Positions 63,103-64,000 of a DNA stretch of 64,000 bases are shown piece after piece (the first letter of the stretch is position 1; each line of letters opens with the position of its first letter). The DNA comes from Treponemataceae bacterium (lineage in GTDB: Bacteria > Spirochaetota > Spirochaetia > Treponematales > Rectinemataceae): contig CAXXHO010000004.1 in assembly GCA_963667725.2 (NCBI GenBank), forward strand, positions 72,892 to 136,891. Reading direction: 5' to 3'. The notes beneath the pieces are model-generated. The model saw nothing but the letters and a program-made list of their open reading frames with translations. It made no database searches and was not told the DNA's origin. The position numbers were made by a program, and so were the translations under genes.

Positions 63103-63794
63103 CCGCCGTCGAGGTGGACAAGGTCTGGAAGTACTACGGCGACTTTCCTGCCCTGCGCGACATATCGTTCAACGTCGCCAACGGTGATTGCGTCGCCCTG
63201 CTCGGACGCAACGGCGCCGGCAAGACCACTCTGCTGCGGATCATTGCCGGCCTTTCCAAAGCTGCCCGGGGACAGGTCCGGATCTACGGCGGCGATACAC
63301 GGGCGCACGCCACCCGCACCCGCATCGGCGTCCTGGGGCACGGCATCGGCGTCTATGAAGAGCTGTCCGCCTTGGAGAACCTGAAGGTCTTCGCCAGCCT
63401 GTACGGTGTGGCCGACCCTTCCGCGCGGGCCTTGGAGTGGCTGGAGCGCACGGGGCTCGAACGGGTCCGCGACGGCCTGGTCCGCGAGTTCTCGCGCGGC
63501 ATGCGGCAGCGCCTCGCCGTCGCCCGGGCGTTCATCCACGAGCCGAGCGTGCTGCTGCTCGACGAACCGTTTACCGCTCTCGACGATCGGGCCATCGCCG
63601 TCCTGCAGTCGTTGCTCCACAAGGCGCGGGACGAAGGCAAGACCATCATCATGTCCACCCACCAGCTGCGCGAGGCGCTGGAACTGGCCACGCACGTGGT
63701 GCTGATCAATCGCGGCCGGGTGGGATTCCAGGGCGTGCGTCCGCCGGAGATGCTCGACGATCCAACCTGGCTGTACCGGAATTACGGGGAATAA
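63099..63794 (+). CDS. ccmA: heme exporter ATP-binding protein CcmA
   Basis: GRNGAGKT, FSRGMRQR, LDEPFTALD; ccm context. Confidence 0.9.
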   Translation: MTAVEVDKVWKYYGDFPALRDISFNVANGDCVALLGRNGAGKTTLLRIIAGLSKAARGQVRIYGGDTRAHATRTRIGVLGHGIGVYEELSALENLKVFASLYGVADPSARALEWLERTGLERVRDGLVREFSRGMRQRLAVARAFIHEPSVLLLDEPFTALDDRAIAVLQSLLHKARDEGKTIIMSTHQLREALELATHVVLINRGRVGFQGVRPPEMLDDPTWLYRNYGE

Positions 63795-63796
63795 CG

Positions 63797-64000
63797 ATGC
63801 CGCTGCTTCTCCGTCAGGCGTTCACCATCGCGATGAAGGACCTCCGCGCCGAGATGCGGACCAAGGAGGCCATCAACGCTTCGCTGTCGTTCGCGCTGGT
63901 GATTCTGCTGCTGTTCAGCTTTGCCTTCGACCCGACGGCCGACACGACGCGCGAGATTTCGGGCGGCCTGCTGTGGATGGTGTTCGCGTTTGCCGGCGCG
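63797..64000 (+). CDS. ccmB: heme exporter permease CcmB, partial
   Basis: KDLRAEMRTKE...LFSFAFDP...GGLLWM.F.FAG; runs off the window. Confidence 0.85.
   Translation, partial: MPLLLRQAFTIAMKDLRAEMRTKEAINASLSFALVILLLFSFAFDPTADTTREISGGLLWMVFAFAGA

Noticed and set aside
30651..64000. Mass pseudogenisation or programmed frameshifting
   Set aside because: Single-base indels hit housekeeping genes (sdhABC, ccmEFH), often at short homopolymers, which is typical of uncorrected long-read error

Overview
The window appears to be two different genomes joined at about 30650. The left part (1-30650) is high-GC and probably from a spirochaete (inference). It encodes peptide ABC transporters, a CocE/NonD hydrolase, two-component systems, an ECF sigma/anti-sigma pair, a DEAD-box helicase, peptidases and two AAA_14-DUF4143 ATPases. 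Its most notable feature is a family of ~160-185 bp intergenic elements with long imperfect inverted arms built from ACAGGA boxes: 7 full copies in the same orientation plus 2 half copies. Two copies sandwich a GxxExxY PD-(D/E)XK nuclease gene, and five delimit a cassette-like run of unrelated single genes at 842-4854. This resembles a REP/RAYT system but with a GxxExxY nuclease, and it is my best candidate for an undescribed system. The right part (30651-64000) is heavily frameshifted, probably from uncorrected long-read errors, and looks Acidobacteria/Bryobacterales-like (inference). It carries a BACON-domain gene cut at the junction and a 7-unit tandem hairpin array interrupted by an IS1182-type element with a 4-bp TSD. 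It also has three adjacent toxin-antitoxin pairs, a cluster of probable orphan immunity genes, a large STAND/NACHT NTPase with a C-terminal nuclease-like domain, sdhCAB and a ccm operon. All family assignments come from motif recognition by eye; no database searches were run.
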